DNA from: an uncultured Candidatus Peribacteria bacterium | GTDB taxonomy: Bacteria > Patescibacteriota > Gracilibacteria > Peribacterales > Peribacteraceae | Length of the DNA stretch: 59,686 nt | NCBI GenBank assembly: GCA_964563915.1 | Contig: CAZLYW010000002.1 | Location: forward strand, 1-59,686 | Direction: 5' to 3' | Program-made: the position numbers and the translations under genes | Shown here: positions 32,945 to 41,105 of the stretch, one piece after another | Layout: each line of letters begins with the position of its first letter | Position numbering within the stretch: position 1 is the first letter of the stretch | Notes under the pieces: model-generated | What the model saw: only the letters and a program-made list of their open reading frames with translations | Told to the model about the DNA's origin: nothing | The model's database searches: none

Positions 32945-33859
32945 TTACGTCAATCCCGGCACGTGCTTTCGAACGATGTCCACAACGGTTTCCAGATTGT
33001 CATTCACCAAAATCTTATCGAACAAATCCGCCCGTTCGCGGAAGAATTCGAGATCGCGCGCGGCGTTCTTCAGCCGGTCCTTGATGTGTTCCTCCGCATC
33101 GCGGCCGCGGAGTCGGAGGCGGTGGAGGAGGGCACTGAGCATCGCACGCTTGCTGTTGCCGGGCGGCAGGAGACCGAAACTGAGGATCGATCGTCGTCCG
33201 TAGTGCTCGGCGATGCCGCGCAGCAGGTGCATCTCGGTAATGACGACGGGGAGCTTGCCCTTTTCCCAGAGCTTCTCGATATCAGCCTTCCGGTACCCGT
33301 ACCAGCGTTCTTCGGTGGACGAGGGGAGATGCGCGAACGCGATCATCTCGCCGTTCTCCACGTATTCAGTGAATTTCTCTGTGCTCACGTACCGGTACTC
33401 GCCGTCATCACCGCTCTTCCGATCGCGCGTCGTCAGGATTGGCACGGATTCGACGTGACTGCTGAACATGTTCACGAGGAGCCGGCTCACGGTGGTCTTC
33501 CCCACGCCTGAGGGGCCGGTGAGCGCGAGGATGTAGCCGGGAAAGATTTTCTTCTTCTCGGGTTTCGCCGGTACCGCCGTCACAATCTCGTAGGCGACGT
33601 CGTAGATGCGGAGTCCATCATCACTGACAGAAGAGAGGACCATGCGCGGGCGGACTCCCTGCCCGACCGCAGGATGCGCTCCGAGGATCTGCCCGAGCGA
33701 ACGTGTACCGTCCTCCAGTTCGATCAGGCCCACCGTTCGCGGACGGTTGTCGAAGCCTTCGAGGGGGTGAGTCATAGTGGTCCAGGAGAGGACGGTGCCC
33801 TCTTGCAGCTTCCTGCGGCGTTTGGCATTCTGGCGGTGGAGGATGGGGGGGGTGGTCAT
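32945..33859 (-). CDS. fusion protein: DUF35-type OB-fold (acyl-CoA-associated) N-domain plus guanylate-kinase-like P-loop domain
   Basis: The N-terminus (GTVLSWTTMTHPLEGFDNRPRTVGLIELEDGTRSLGQIL......GQGVRPRMV) follows the DUF35 OB-fold pattern. The C-terminus (LTGPSGVGKTTV...ILTTRDRKSGDDGEYRYVS.EKF......GEM...........YGY) follows the guanylate kinase pattern. No Zn-ribbon Cys pairs are present. Confidence 0.7.
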   Translation of the reverse strand: MTTPPILHRQNAKRRRKLQEGTVLSWTTMTHPLEGFDNRPRTVGLIELEDGTRSLGQILGAHPAVGQGVRPRMVLSSVSDDGLRIYDVAYEIVTAVPAKPEKKKIFPGYILALTGPSGVGKTTVSRLLVNMFSSHVESVPILTTRDRKSGDDGEYRYVSTEKFTEYVENGEMIAFAHLPSSTEERWYGYRKADIEKLWEKGKLPVVITEMHLLRGIAEHYGRRSILSFGLLPPGNSKRAMLSALLHRLRLRGRDAEEHIKDRLKNAARDLEFFRERADLFDKILVNDNLETVVDIVRKHVPGLT

Positions 33860-33892
33860 CGGGCTCGGGAACGGGCTCGGGTTCGGAAGAGA

Positions 33893-35017
33893 TTAAGAAA
33901 CATGTTCAAGGATGTGGACGCCGCAGGTGGCAGCCGCTCCGCCGAAGTTATGAGCGAGTCCAAAACGATTTCCGCTCTTCTCCATTTGCTTCGCAACATC
34001 GATGACTTGTTTGATGCCCGTGGCGCCGACGGGATGGCCGCAACCTTTGAGGCCGCCGCTCATATTCACGCCGAGCCCGGTTGGTTTCCCATCGAACAGA
34101 TTCCTGTAGACATGAATGCCTTGCCCGGGATCGCAGAAGCCGAGATCTTCAAGATTGATCAATGCCGCGATGGAGAAGCAGTCGTGCGTCTCGAGCACGT
34201 TCACGTCGTTCAACTTGATCTCCGCTTCGGTCAGAGCGCGCTCCGCGGCGTCTTTGGTCGCCGAGAACGAGGTGATGACTGGTCGGTGGAGGATGCTCAG
34301 GCTATCGCTCGCAATCTGCGATGCGGCAATCCGAACGCCGCTCACGTGTTCGCTCGAGAGAATGCACGCCGCGGCGCCGTCGCTGATCGGCGAGCAGTCG
34401 AGCAGCCGCAGGGGGTCGCTGATCATCGCGCTCTTCGTGACGGTTTCCGGGTTGATTTCCTGCCGGAATTGCGCGAAGGGGTTCCGGCAGGCATTGCGGT
34501 GATGCACCGCGCTGACCAGGCTCAAATCCTCTCTACTGAGGCCGAAGTCGTGCATGTAGCGCTGCGCGATCAGGCCGAAGATGCCGGGGAAGGTGAGGCC
34601 GGCCGGCCGCTCCTCCTCGCTATCCGCAGCCCCCATCAGCGCTGATGCTACCGTGTCCACCGATACATCCGTCATCTTCTCGACGCCGATCACGAGGACG
34701 TTCCTCGCTCTGCCACTTTCGAGCATCGCGCAGGCCGTATGAAGCGCAAACGCTCCCGAGCCGCAGGCGGACTCCACTCTCAATGCGGGAGGATGATGCG
34801 GAAGCAGAGAGGAAGCGATCGCCGCCAGGTGCGCCTGGCCGTTCGTCACCTCTGCGAGCATGTTACTGACGATGATCATGTCGATATCGAGGGCAGTGCA
34901 CGGAGAGGAGGAGATGGCGGCGTCGGTAGCTTCTTCCATCAGGTCGCGGATGCTTTTGTCCCAGAGCTCGCCGAAGCGAGTTTGGCCGTGGCCGATGAGG
35001 TGGACAACGGAGTTCAC
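33893..35017 (-). CDS. archaeal-type (SCP-x-like) acetyl-CoA C-acetyltransferase (thiolase)
   Basis: GHGQTRFGE, VESACGSGAFALHTA (active-site Cys), C-terminal NMSGGLKGCGHPVGATG. GTG start. Confidence 0.9.
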   Translation of the reverse strand: MNSVVHLIGHGQTRFGELWDKSIRDLMEEATDAAISSSPCTALDIDMIIVSNMLAEVTNGQAHLAAIASSLLPHHPPALRVESACGSGAFALHTACAMLESGRARNVLVIGVEKMTDVSVDTVASALMGAADSEEERPAGLTFPGIFGLIAQRYMHDFGLSREDLSLVSAVHHRNACRNPFAQFRQEINPETVTKSAMISDPLRLLDCSPISDGAAACILSSEHVSGVRIAASQIASDSLSILHRPVITSFSATKDAAERALTEAEIKLNDVNVLETHDCFSIAALINLEDLGFCDPGQGIHVYRNLFDGKPTGLGVNMSGGLKGCGHPVGATGIKQVIDVAKQMEKSGNRFGLAHNFGGAAATCGVHILEHVS

Positions 35018-35021
35018 GGGC

Positions 35022-35057
35022 GAAAAATTGAAAATTGAAAATGGAAAATTGAAAATG
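35022..35057. repeat. GAAAATT/GAAAATGG word run in the HMGS/thiolase spacer
   Basis: GAAAAATTGAAAATTGAAAATGGAAAATTGAAAATG. The same words occur at 38767-38817 and 40566-40591. Confidence 0.8.
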
Positions 35058-35064
35058 CTGGACT

Positions 35065-36090
35065 TCAGATGGCATGGGAGTGTTCAAGATATTCATCGTA
35101 CGTCAGATATTCAGGCTGTCTGTCATCGCGGGGGAGCTCAACTCCGTCTTTCATCATGGTCATCAGGAAGGCGTCGGAGCCCGATCCGGATCCATAGGAA
35201 ACAAGGAAGATCGTGTCACTCTTCTTTGCCTGCTCGAGAACGTACGTGAGCCCGAGAGGGGAGCAGGCGGCATAGGTGTTGCCGATGGCGGGGACGATGA
35301 AGCCGAGGTCAAGTTGTTCCTCTGTGAAGCCGAGTTTTTTCGCGACAACCTTGGGGAACTTCGCATTCGGCATGTGGAACACAACGTGATCGATGTCCGC
35401 CGGTTTCTTCTTCGCGATCGCGAGAATTCCCTTCGTCACTTCCTGCACGTGACGGAAATACGCGGGCTCGCCGGTGAAGCGTCCCGCATGGTGCGGGTAC
35501 TCTTCGCCGTTCGGGCGCCAGAAGTCCGGGGTATCCGTCGTGAACGAGAGCGTGTGCTCGATGCGGCACAGCGCCTTAGACGCCTTCTCCGACCCGATGA
35601 TCACCGCCGCCGCGCCCGCCGCCGCTGTGTATTCAAGTGCATCTCCTGGGCGGCCTTGCGCGGTGTCCGTCCCAATCGCCATTCCGTAACTCACTTGTCC
35701 GGATCGAACCATACTATCGACAATCTGCATCCCCGCCGTTCCCGCTTTGCACGCGAATTCCAGATCGGCGCAGTGGCAGAACGGATGGAGGTCGAGTGAT
35801 GACGCGAGCATCGAGCTCGTCGGCTTCACTGCGTACGGGTGGCTCTCGGAGCCGACGAAGATTGCGCTAATCTCCGATGACTGAATCTCAGCGACCTCAA
35901 TCGCCTGTCGGGCAGCCTCAAAGGCCATCGTGTAACTATCCTCCTCTCGTCCGGGCACGGTCTTCTCGCTAATCCCGAGGCCGCTGACGATGCCTTTGGG
36001 GTCTTGCCCGTGATGCTCGGCGATCGCGGCAGTTTTGACACGGTATTTCGGTAGGTATCTGCCAAAACCGATGATGGCGGAGTGAGACAT
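35065..36090 (-). CDS. hydroxymethylglutaryl-CoA synthase (short archaeal type)
   Basis: ~341 aa; IGFGRYLPKYRV, EDSYTMAFEAA, VGSESHPYAVKPT, active-site-region GTDTAQG, and a GSGSGSDAF end. ATG at 36090 inside ORF 35065-36165. Confidence 0.9.
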   Translation of the reverse strand: MSHSAIIGFGRYLPKYRVKTAAIAEHHGQDPKGIVSGLGISEKTVPGREEDSYTMAFEAARQAIEVAEIQSSEISAIFVGSESHPYAVKPTSSMLASSLDLHPFCHCADLEFACKAGTAGMQIVDSMVRSGQVSYGMAIGTDTAQGRPGDALEYTAAAGAAAVIIGSEKASKALCRIEHTLSFTTDTPDFWRPNGEEYPHHAGRFTGEPAYFRHVQEVTKGILAIAKKKPADIDHVVFHMPNAKFPKVVAKKLGFTEEQLDLGFIVPAIGNTYAACSPLGLTYVLEQAKKSDTIFLVSYGSGSGSDAFLMTMMKDGVELPRDDRQPEYLTYDEYLEHSHAI

Positions 36091-36165
36091 CCGGTGGAGT
36101 ATAGCATGGATATTTTTTGTATTCGCAGCGGTTGACCTCATTGCGAATTCTGATACCGTGCGCAC

Positions 36166-36258
36166 GGAGGGTGCTCAAGGGGCATTCTTGTGCTTCTTGA
36201 GCATCCTCCACCTACGACGCAGGCCAGGGCGAAAGCCTTGAGACCTGCGTCGTTTTTT
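36166..36258 (+). terminator. two-hairpin module ending in a plus-strand intrinsic terminator (candidate small antisense RNA 3' end)
   Basis: GGAGGGTGCTCAAG (36166-79) pairs with CTTGAGCATCCTCC (36196-209), 13/14. Then ACGACGCAGG (36214-23) pairs with CCTGCGTCGT (36244-53) perfectly and is followed by TTTTT, on the plus strand only. All neighbouring genes are on the minus strand. Confidence 0.45.
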
Positions 36259-37417
36259 ATCGCGCGAGCTGACGATGGGCTTCTGCGAGACGGTGAGCAG
36301 CCTGCGCCGCGAGCAGCGAGATCTCTCCGGCAAGGACAGCCGCCCCGATACTCTCAGCCAGTTGTGCTTTCGGGTGAAGTGACGTCGTGTCGCCCATCAG
36401 CATCTTCAAGCATTGCGATTGCGCAGGTAGGGTTGTGCCGCCGCCGCGGAGGCCGACCAAGAGCGCGGGACATCGGACGGACACCTTCAATTGTTGATTG
36501 GTTAATTGGTTAATTTGTGTGTCACTAAGAGAACCTTCCACGACATGCGCCGCATCCTGTCCGGTTGCCAAATACAGCGCAGCAATGATGTTGGCGGTGT
36601 GGAGGTTTGATCCAATCGCGCCGGCAATTTGCGAACCGTGTTTGAGTTTGGCTTCAGCGACGGCCATCATGGCTTCCGGCGTACTCTTCAGAACATCACG
36701 GATGATCTCCGGCATCAGTGTTGCTTCGGCGGTGACTTCGTACCCGCGGCCGCACGTGTGAACACGTGCGCTGGGTTTTTTGTCTGAATCGACGTTTCCC
36801 GCGACGGTGATGAATTCCAATCCCTCAATGTTCTTCTCCATCCATTCGCCGACGGCCTGCGCGGCAATCGTCACCATGTTCATGCCCATCGCTTCGTCGG
36901 TGTCGCAATAAATCGTTAAGAAGAGGAAATGCTCTGTCGTGTCTACTTCATAGCGAAGTACTTTCAAGTGATTGCTGGTCGATTCAGCCATCGCAATCCA
37001 TTGTTCTCTCTTCTCTTCCGTGTTGCGGGTTGCGAGTTTCGGGTTGCGGGACTTGAAAGCAATTGAGCGGCTGATGCCATGATGGATCGACGTCGTCTTC
37101 ACTCCGCCGGATGCGGTCAGAGCCTTGCATCCTCTATTCACGCTCGCCACGAGCGCGCCTTCTGTCGTCGCAAGAGGGAGATGAATCTCCTGTGTCTCTC
37201 CGGAACTGAATATCACCTTCAGAGGTCCGGCGTAGCCAACGGGAATCGGGACGTGGCCGAGCATTTGCTCGCAATTCTTCTCGTCAGCATGGCCGATGTA
37301 ACCATCTGCGGGTGTCAAACGCGAGAGGTCAATGCTCAGCTCTTTCTCCACGCGTGAGCGGCGCTCAGAGCAGCGTTGTTCGGGAGTGAGGCCGCTGGGG
37401 AGCGTTCGAATATCCAT
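36257..37417 (-). CDS. class I hydroxymethylglutaryl-CoA reductase
   Basis: EQMLGHVPIPVGYAGPL, LATTEGALVASVNRGCKA, DAMGMNMV, GQDAAHVVE, GGGT.LP.Q motifs; ~386 aa soluble form. Confidence 0.9.
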   Translation of the reverse strand: MDIRTLPSGLTPEQRCSERRSRVEKELSIDLSRLTPADGYIGHADEKNCEQMLGHVPIPVGYAGPLKVIFSSGETQEIHLPLATTEGALVASVNRGCKALTASGGVKTTSIHHGISRSIAFKSRNPKLATRNTEEKREQWIAMAESTSNHLKVLRYEVDTTEHFLFLTIYCDTDEAMGMNMVTIAAQAVGEWMEKNIEGLEFITVAGNVDSDKKPSARVHTCGRGYEVTAEATLMPEIIRDVLKSTPEAMMAVAEAKLKHGSQIAGAIGSNLHTANIIAALYLATGQDAAHVVEGSLSDTQINQLTNQQLKVSVRCPALLVGLRGGGTTLPAQSQCLKMLMGDTTSLHPKAQLAESIGAAVLAGEISLLAAQAAHRLAEAHRQLAR

Positions 37418-37590
37418 TAAAAATTCTGATGTCGATTCGTTTTCTTCCTCCGCTCATTTTTAATTTTTTCAAGTAGTTTGATAACCTCAGCGGCAGGAAC
37501 CCCTCTCCTCTTACCGCCATTAGTAAAATCCACTACAGTTTCCCAGCCGTCTTCGACTCCGTCGAGAATAGCGATATTGTTGGTCCGCAT
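37417..37590 (-). CDS. hypothetical 57-aa protein in an AT-rich insert, coupled to HMGR
   Basis: Its TAA overlaps the HMGR ATG by 1 nt (TAATG). Basic C-terminus. A second 35-codon mini-ORF lies at 37627-37734. Confidence 0.35.
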   Translation of the reverse strand: MRTNNIAILDGVEDGWETVVDFTNGGKRRGVPAAEVIKLLEKIKNERRKKTNRHQNF

Positions 37591-37754
37591 AAATAAACAA
37601 CTCAAAGAAAAATTTTTACATCAAGTTCACTCCTTTCCGATATGTGTCACTTTGCATTCTAAACCTTCAGCGATGAGTCCTACCCGAAGGTTCGTTTCTG
37701 CGATATCGTCGCCAAGAACAATGATTTGCCTCATGGTCAAATCCTATACCAATT

Positions 37755-38765
37755 TTATCTGGTTTCAAGGAGTCTGGCACCCGATCCCGTCTTCGCCTCA
37801 AAAATCCTGCACCCTTTCTGCGAATGCGCGAGTTCCCGCACCGCGGTTGCCGCTTCCTCCGGACAGATCAAGTGTACCGTCGGGCCGGCGTCCATCGTGT
37901 AGAGAACCGGAAGGCGATCGGTTGTTCTCACTGTCGTGATCTCCCGGATGATCCGGTGAGTCGCGTCGTTCAGATAGTTGAGCGACGGCGTACTCGTCTC
38001 CATCACGTGATGCATATCGAGGGAATCTTCCTCGGCGACACGCTGGAGCTTCTCAAAATCTTTGTAGAGGATCGCATCGGCGCATTCCTTCTGCCGCCGC
38101 GGCATCTGCTCCAGGCGCTTCTTGTACTGCGGACTCGTCCACGCGAGCGCATGACCTTCCGTCGATCCGACTTTCTTTTCCTCCTGCGTGGGGACGACGA
38201 TGATGTCGTACAGCAGCCAATGATTCTCGTCAGCGATCTGGACGCCGTAGGAGGAATCCATTGCGTCGCCCGATCCTGCGAGCAGCGCGCCGTACCCGCC
38301 GGAGATGCTCCGCGCAGCGGAACCGGAGCCGAAGCGCGCGATCACGCTGATCTGTGCATCATTCAACGCGATGGCGTCCTTGATCAACTCTGCATACGCT
38401 TTCGCGATGCAGGCGAAGACGGCGGCGGACGAGGCCAATCCAATGGAGGAGGGGATATGGGAACGCACGGTGATCGTTACGGAAGCAGGGATGGCATTCG
38501 CGGCGCCGAGCTTGGTCAAATACTGCTTCGTCAGATCCAGATGGCGGTCGAAGCGTGCGACATCCCTCTCCTTCATTTGTTTTTCGGCATCGTCAGCGTC
38601 GAATGATCGAACGGACATCGTATCGGTATGATCGACGGTGATCTCCACGTGCGGCGTATCGAGTGTCATCGAGAGGGAATCCGCGGCGGGGAGGCGGAGA
38701 TCGTTGTTTCTATTGCCCCAATACTTAACAAAGGCAATGTTCGGCGTTGAAATCGCTTTTGTCAT
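37755..38765 (-). CDS. mvaD: (di)phosphomevalonate decarboxylase (GHMP family)
   Basis: NIAFVKYWGNRNNDLRLPAADSLSMTLD and GLASSAA are MDD signatures. ATG at 38765 inside ORF 37755-39020. Confidence 0.85.
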   Translation of the reverse strand: MTKAISTPNIAFVKYWGNRNNDLRLPAADSLSMTLDTPHVEITVDHTDTMSVRSFDADDAEKQMKERDVARFDRHLDLTKQYLTKLGAANAIPASVTITVRSHIPSSIGLASSAAVFACIAKAYAELIKDAIALNDAQISVIARFGSGSAARSISGGYGALLAGSGDAMDSSYGVQIADENHWLLYDIIVVPTQEEKKVGSTEGHALAWTSPQYKKRLEQMPRRQKECADAILYKDFEKLQRVAEEDSLDMHHVMETSTPSLNYLNDATHRIIREITTVRTTDRLPVLYTMDAGPTVHLICPEEAATAVRELAHSQKGCRIFEAKTGSGARLLETR

Positions 38766-38766
38766 G

Positions 38767-38817
38767 AATGGAAAATGGTAAGCATGATTTTCAATTTTCC
38801 ATTTACCATTTTCCATT
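38767..38817. repeat. perfect 15-bp-stem AT-rich hairpin between the GHMP kinase and MDD genes
   Basis: AATGGAAAATGGTAA (38767-81) pairs with TTACCATTTTCCATT (38803-17). The loop contains the TTTTCAATTTTCC word. Confidence 0.85.
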
Positions 38818-38821
38818 TTTC

Positions 38822-39625
38822 TCAAGTAAATGCCAACACCATCCCCCCACCCACTGTCCGCGCCCCTGCCCCAAGCACTTTCGCCGCTCCGCCCCTCTTC
38901 TCGATGTCCGCGATCAGCTTCTGCACCGGTTCGGGAACCACGCCGAGTGCGACCTGGGCGCGATGATGATCGCGAATGACCGCCATCGGATCTTCGCCGG
39001 CGAGGAGGCGTTCCGTGCATTGGCCGATTGTTTCGAATGCAGCAATCACGTTTTTGTCACCCTGAGCGAAGCGAAGGGTCATCCACGCGACGAGTTCCGC
39101 CGTGCTTTCACTTGGTTTTCCCGCATCGATGAGCGTGCTGTTCTTCAGGAAGTCCAAATTCAGAGAGACCGGCTCAGGCGTCGATCCCTTTTTGAACATC
39201 ACCGGACGATTGGCCCAGATGACCGCGAAGTCGAGGCCGCTGTTGCCGGGATTGATCAGATCTTCCACGAGGACCGCCTGCGTACGGTTTTCCGGTCCCA
39301 GCAGTACGCGGCAGATTGCAATCACAAGTCCGGTCGAGGAGCCCATGCCGCGGCCGACGGGAATCTGATTCTTGATCGTGAGCGTTCCCGTTGAACTCGC
39401 TGGTCGAAGACCCGCGCTGGATTGAATGCAGAGATCAATAATCTTCCGTGCGTATGATTCTTCACCGGCCAGTCCTTCGAGAATGATCTTCATCGGCGCG
39501 TCGCCGCTCTCTTCCCACATCGCCTCCACGCCGACCGTCGTCGGTACCGCGATGCCGGGATAGCCGAATACTACGGCGTATTCGCCGGAGAGGATCATTT
39601 TGCTGGGGGCGAAGGTTCTCATCAT
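38822..39625 (-). CDS. GHMP-family kinase (mevalonate kinase or phosphomevalonate kinase)
   Basis: APSKMILSGEYAVVFGYPGIAVP and PVGRGMGSSTGL (GHMP motif); short at 267 aa. It carries GEY, where mevalonate kinases usually have GEH. Confidence 0.8.
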   Translation of the reverse strand: MMRTFAPSKMILSGEYAVVFGYPGIAVPTTVGVEAMWEESGDAPMKIILEGLAGEESYARKIIDLCIQSSAGLRPASSTGTLTIKNQIPVGRGMGSSTGLVIAICRVLLGPENRTQAVLVEDLINPGNSGLDFAVIWANRPVMFKKGSTPEPVSLNLDFLKNSTLIDAGKPSESTAELVAWMTLRFAQGDKNVIAAFETIGQCTERLLAGEDPMAVIRDHHRAQVALGVVPEPVQKLIADIEKRGGAAKVLGAGARTVGGGMVLAFT

Positions 39626-39915
39626 GGTACAATGCTCCCATGGTCGTCACTGGGCCGCAACCATTGGATGAAGCGTTTTACCAACAAGTGCTTCTCGATT
39701 ACGGGCCAGAATTCGTAGAGATAGCACGACTTGTTGAAAAGGAACTCATTGATAGTCAGCGGCGGTACGGCACGTTCAACATCATCGCAATAACAAAGCA
39801 GCGTGTGACCGATCTGTCCGATTTCGATGAAGTGAATGCGTTGCCATTCGGGTTGAATTGCGAAGTTGATTGAATATTCAGCTTCCGAATCGTCTCGTCC
39901 TTTTCTCAAAATCAT
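39622..39915 (-). CDS. hypothetical small protein between uppS and the GHMP kinase
   Basis: ATGA overlap with the downstream kinase start. C-ending codon bias like the neighbouring genes. It overlaps the uppS 3' end by ~38 nt. No homology recognised. Confidence 0.35.
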   Translation of the reverse strand: MILRKGRDDSEAEYSINFAIQPEWQRIHFIEIGQIGHTLLCYCDDVERAVPPLTINEFLFNKSCYLYEFWPVIEKHLLVKRFIQWLRPSDDHGSIVP

Positions 39916-40558
39916 CGACCGCCTTCTCAACATCCTTCGCCGTGAGATCCGGAAAGAGTTTGTCCAAAAACACCCACTCCGCGTACGTACTTTCCCATAG
40001 GAAGAAGTTGCTGGTCCGTTGCTCCCCTGATGTCCGGAGAACCAAGTCGATGTCGGGGAGTTCGGGATGATCGAGCAGCTGCTGGAAGGAATCTTCGGTG
40101 ACGCTCTTCGGATCCTCGATCTTCTGCATCGCGCGGATCAGTTCGTCTTTTCCGCCGTAGTCGACCGCGAGGTTGAGTGTGAATTCCGTCTGATCCTTCG
40201 TGTCCTCTTCCGCTTCCCTGATGAGCGCCGCGAGTGACGCGGGAATCCGGTCGAAGCGGCCGGAGTGGAGGAAGCGGGTCTTCTTCTCGAGAAAGGCCTT
40301 CCGTTCCTTACGCAAATAGTCTTCGTAGATTGTCATCAGCATGGCGATTTCCTTTTGGTCGCGCTTCCAGTTCTCTGTCGAGAAGCACCAGACGGTGAGG
40401 ATTCCGATGCGCGGATCATTCCTGCACCACTCGGTGATCGAACGGAAGTTCTCGATAGCGGTTTCGTGGCCTTTCCAGGGCTGGAGGGCGCGTGCTTTGG
40501 CCCAGCGGCGGTTTCCGTCCGGAATGATCGCGAGATGGATGGGAGAAGTCGAAGGCAT
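39878..40558 (-). CDS. uppS: undecaprenyl diphosphate synthase (cis-prenyltransferase)
   Basis: HLAIIPDGNRRWA, TVWCFSTENWKR, LRTSGEQRTSNFFLW. Confidence 0.95.
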   Translation of the reverse strand: MPSTSPIHLAIIPDGNRRWAKARALQPWKGHETAIENFRSITEWCRNDPRIGILTVWCFSTENWKRDQKEIAMLMTIYEDYLRKERKAFLEKKTRFLHSGRFDRIPASLAALIREAEEDTKDQTEFTLNLAVDYGGKDELIRAMQKIEDPKSVTEDSFQQLLDHPELPDIDLVLRTSGEQRTSNFFLWESTYAEWVFLDKLFPDLTAKDVEKAVDDFEKRTRRFGS

Positions 40559-40565
40559 GCTGACG

Positions 40566-40591
40566 GAATTGAAAATTGAAAATTGAGAATT
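40566..40591. repeat. GAAAATT word run in the idi/uppS spacer
   Basis: GAATTGAAAATTGAAAATTGAGAATT; same word family as 35022-35057. Confidence 0.75.
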
Positions 40592-41105
40592 ACGTCAAAA
40601 GTTTTTGCAATCCGATGTGAAACCACGGAGCATACAGATCGGGATGTTCCTTCATATCCTTCCGAAGATCGTTCACGTTCATCCACTTCCACTCCGCCAC
40701 TTCACCGAGTTCCGCCGTTACCGTCACGTCGTCGACGTCGCCGCGGAACATCGTCACATGCTCGTGCTCGACGCCTTTTCCCTCCGGGTCCTCCGCCTGA
40801 TAGACGAATTCTCCGACTGGCCTCATCGCGCAAGTGAACCCGAGTTCTTCCCGCAGCCGCCGGGGAGCGACGTCGGTGATCTCTTCGCCTTCCCGCGGGT
40901 GGCTGCAGCACGAGTTCGCCCAGAGGCCGGCGAAGAGCTTGCCGGCGCTTCGTTTCTGAATCAGCATTTCCGTTCCGTCATTGCGGAACACGTAGACGGA
41001 GAAAGCCCGGTGCAGCTTTCCCGATGGCAGCGCGTGCGCATCCTCCCACGAGATGGTCCCGAGAGAGGCATTGCGTTCATCGACGAGGATGAGGGGAGAG
41101 GCCAT
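40590..41105 (-). CDS. idi: type 1 isopentenyl-diphosphate delta-isomerase (Nudix)
   Basis: HRAFSVYVF, GLWANSCCSHP, A..RRLREELG. ATG at 41105 inside ORF 40590-41303. Confidence 0.9.
   Translation of the reverse strand: MASPLILVDERNASLGTISWEDAHALPSGKLHRAFSVYVFRNDGTEMLIQKRSAGKLFAGLWANSCCSHPREGEEITDVAPRRLREELGFTCAMRPVGEFVYQAEDPEGKGVEHEHVTMFRGDVDDVTVTAELGEVAEWKWMNVNDLRKDMKEHPDLYAPWFHIGLQKLLT

Noticed and set aside
36489-36516. Tandem GGTTAATT x2 / ATTGG words inside the HMGR gene as another in-frame repeat insertion.
   Set aside because: The encoded stretch (DTQINQLTNQQLKVS) falls in a loop that is variable and of similar length in class I HMGRs, so an insertion cannot be claimed from this window alone.
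39640-39873. Plus-strand 77-aa ORF in the uppS/GHMP kinase spacer (MVVTGPQPLDEAFYQQV...).
   Set aside because: It is antisense to the operon and uses mostly A/T-ending codons. The minus-strand ORF 39622-39915 shows the C-ending codon bias of neighbouring genes and an ATGA coupling to the kinase gene. Neither is certain.
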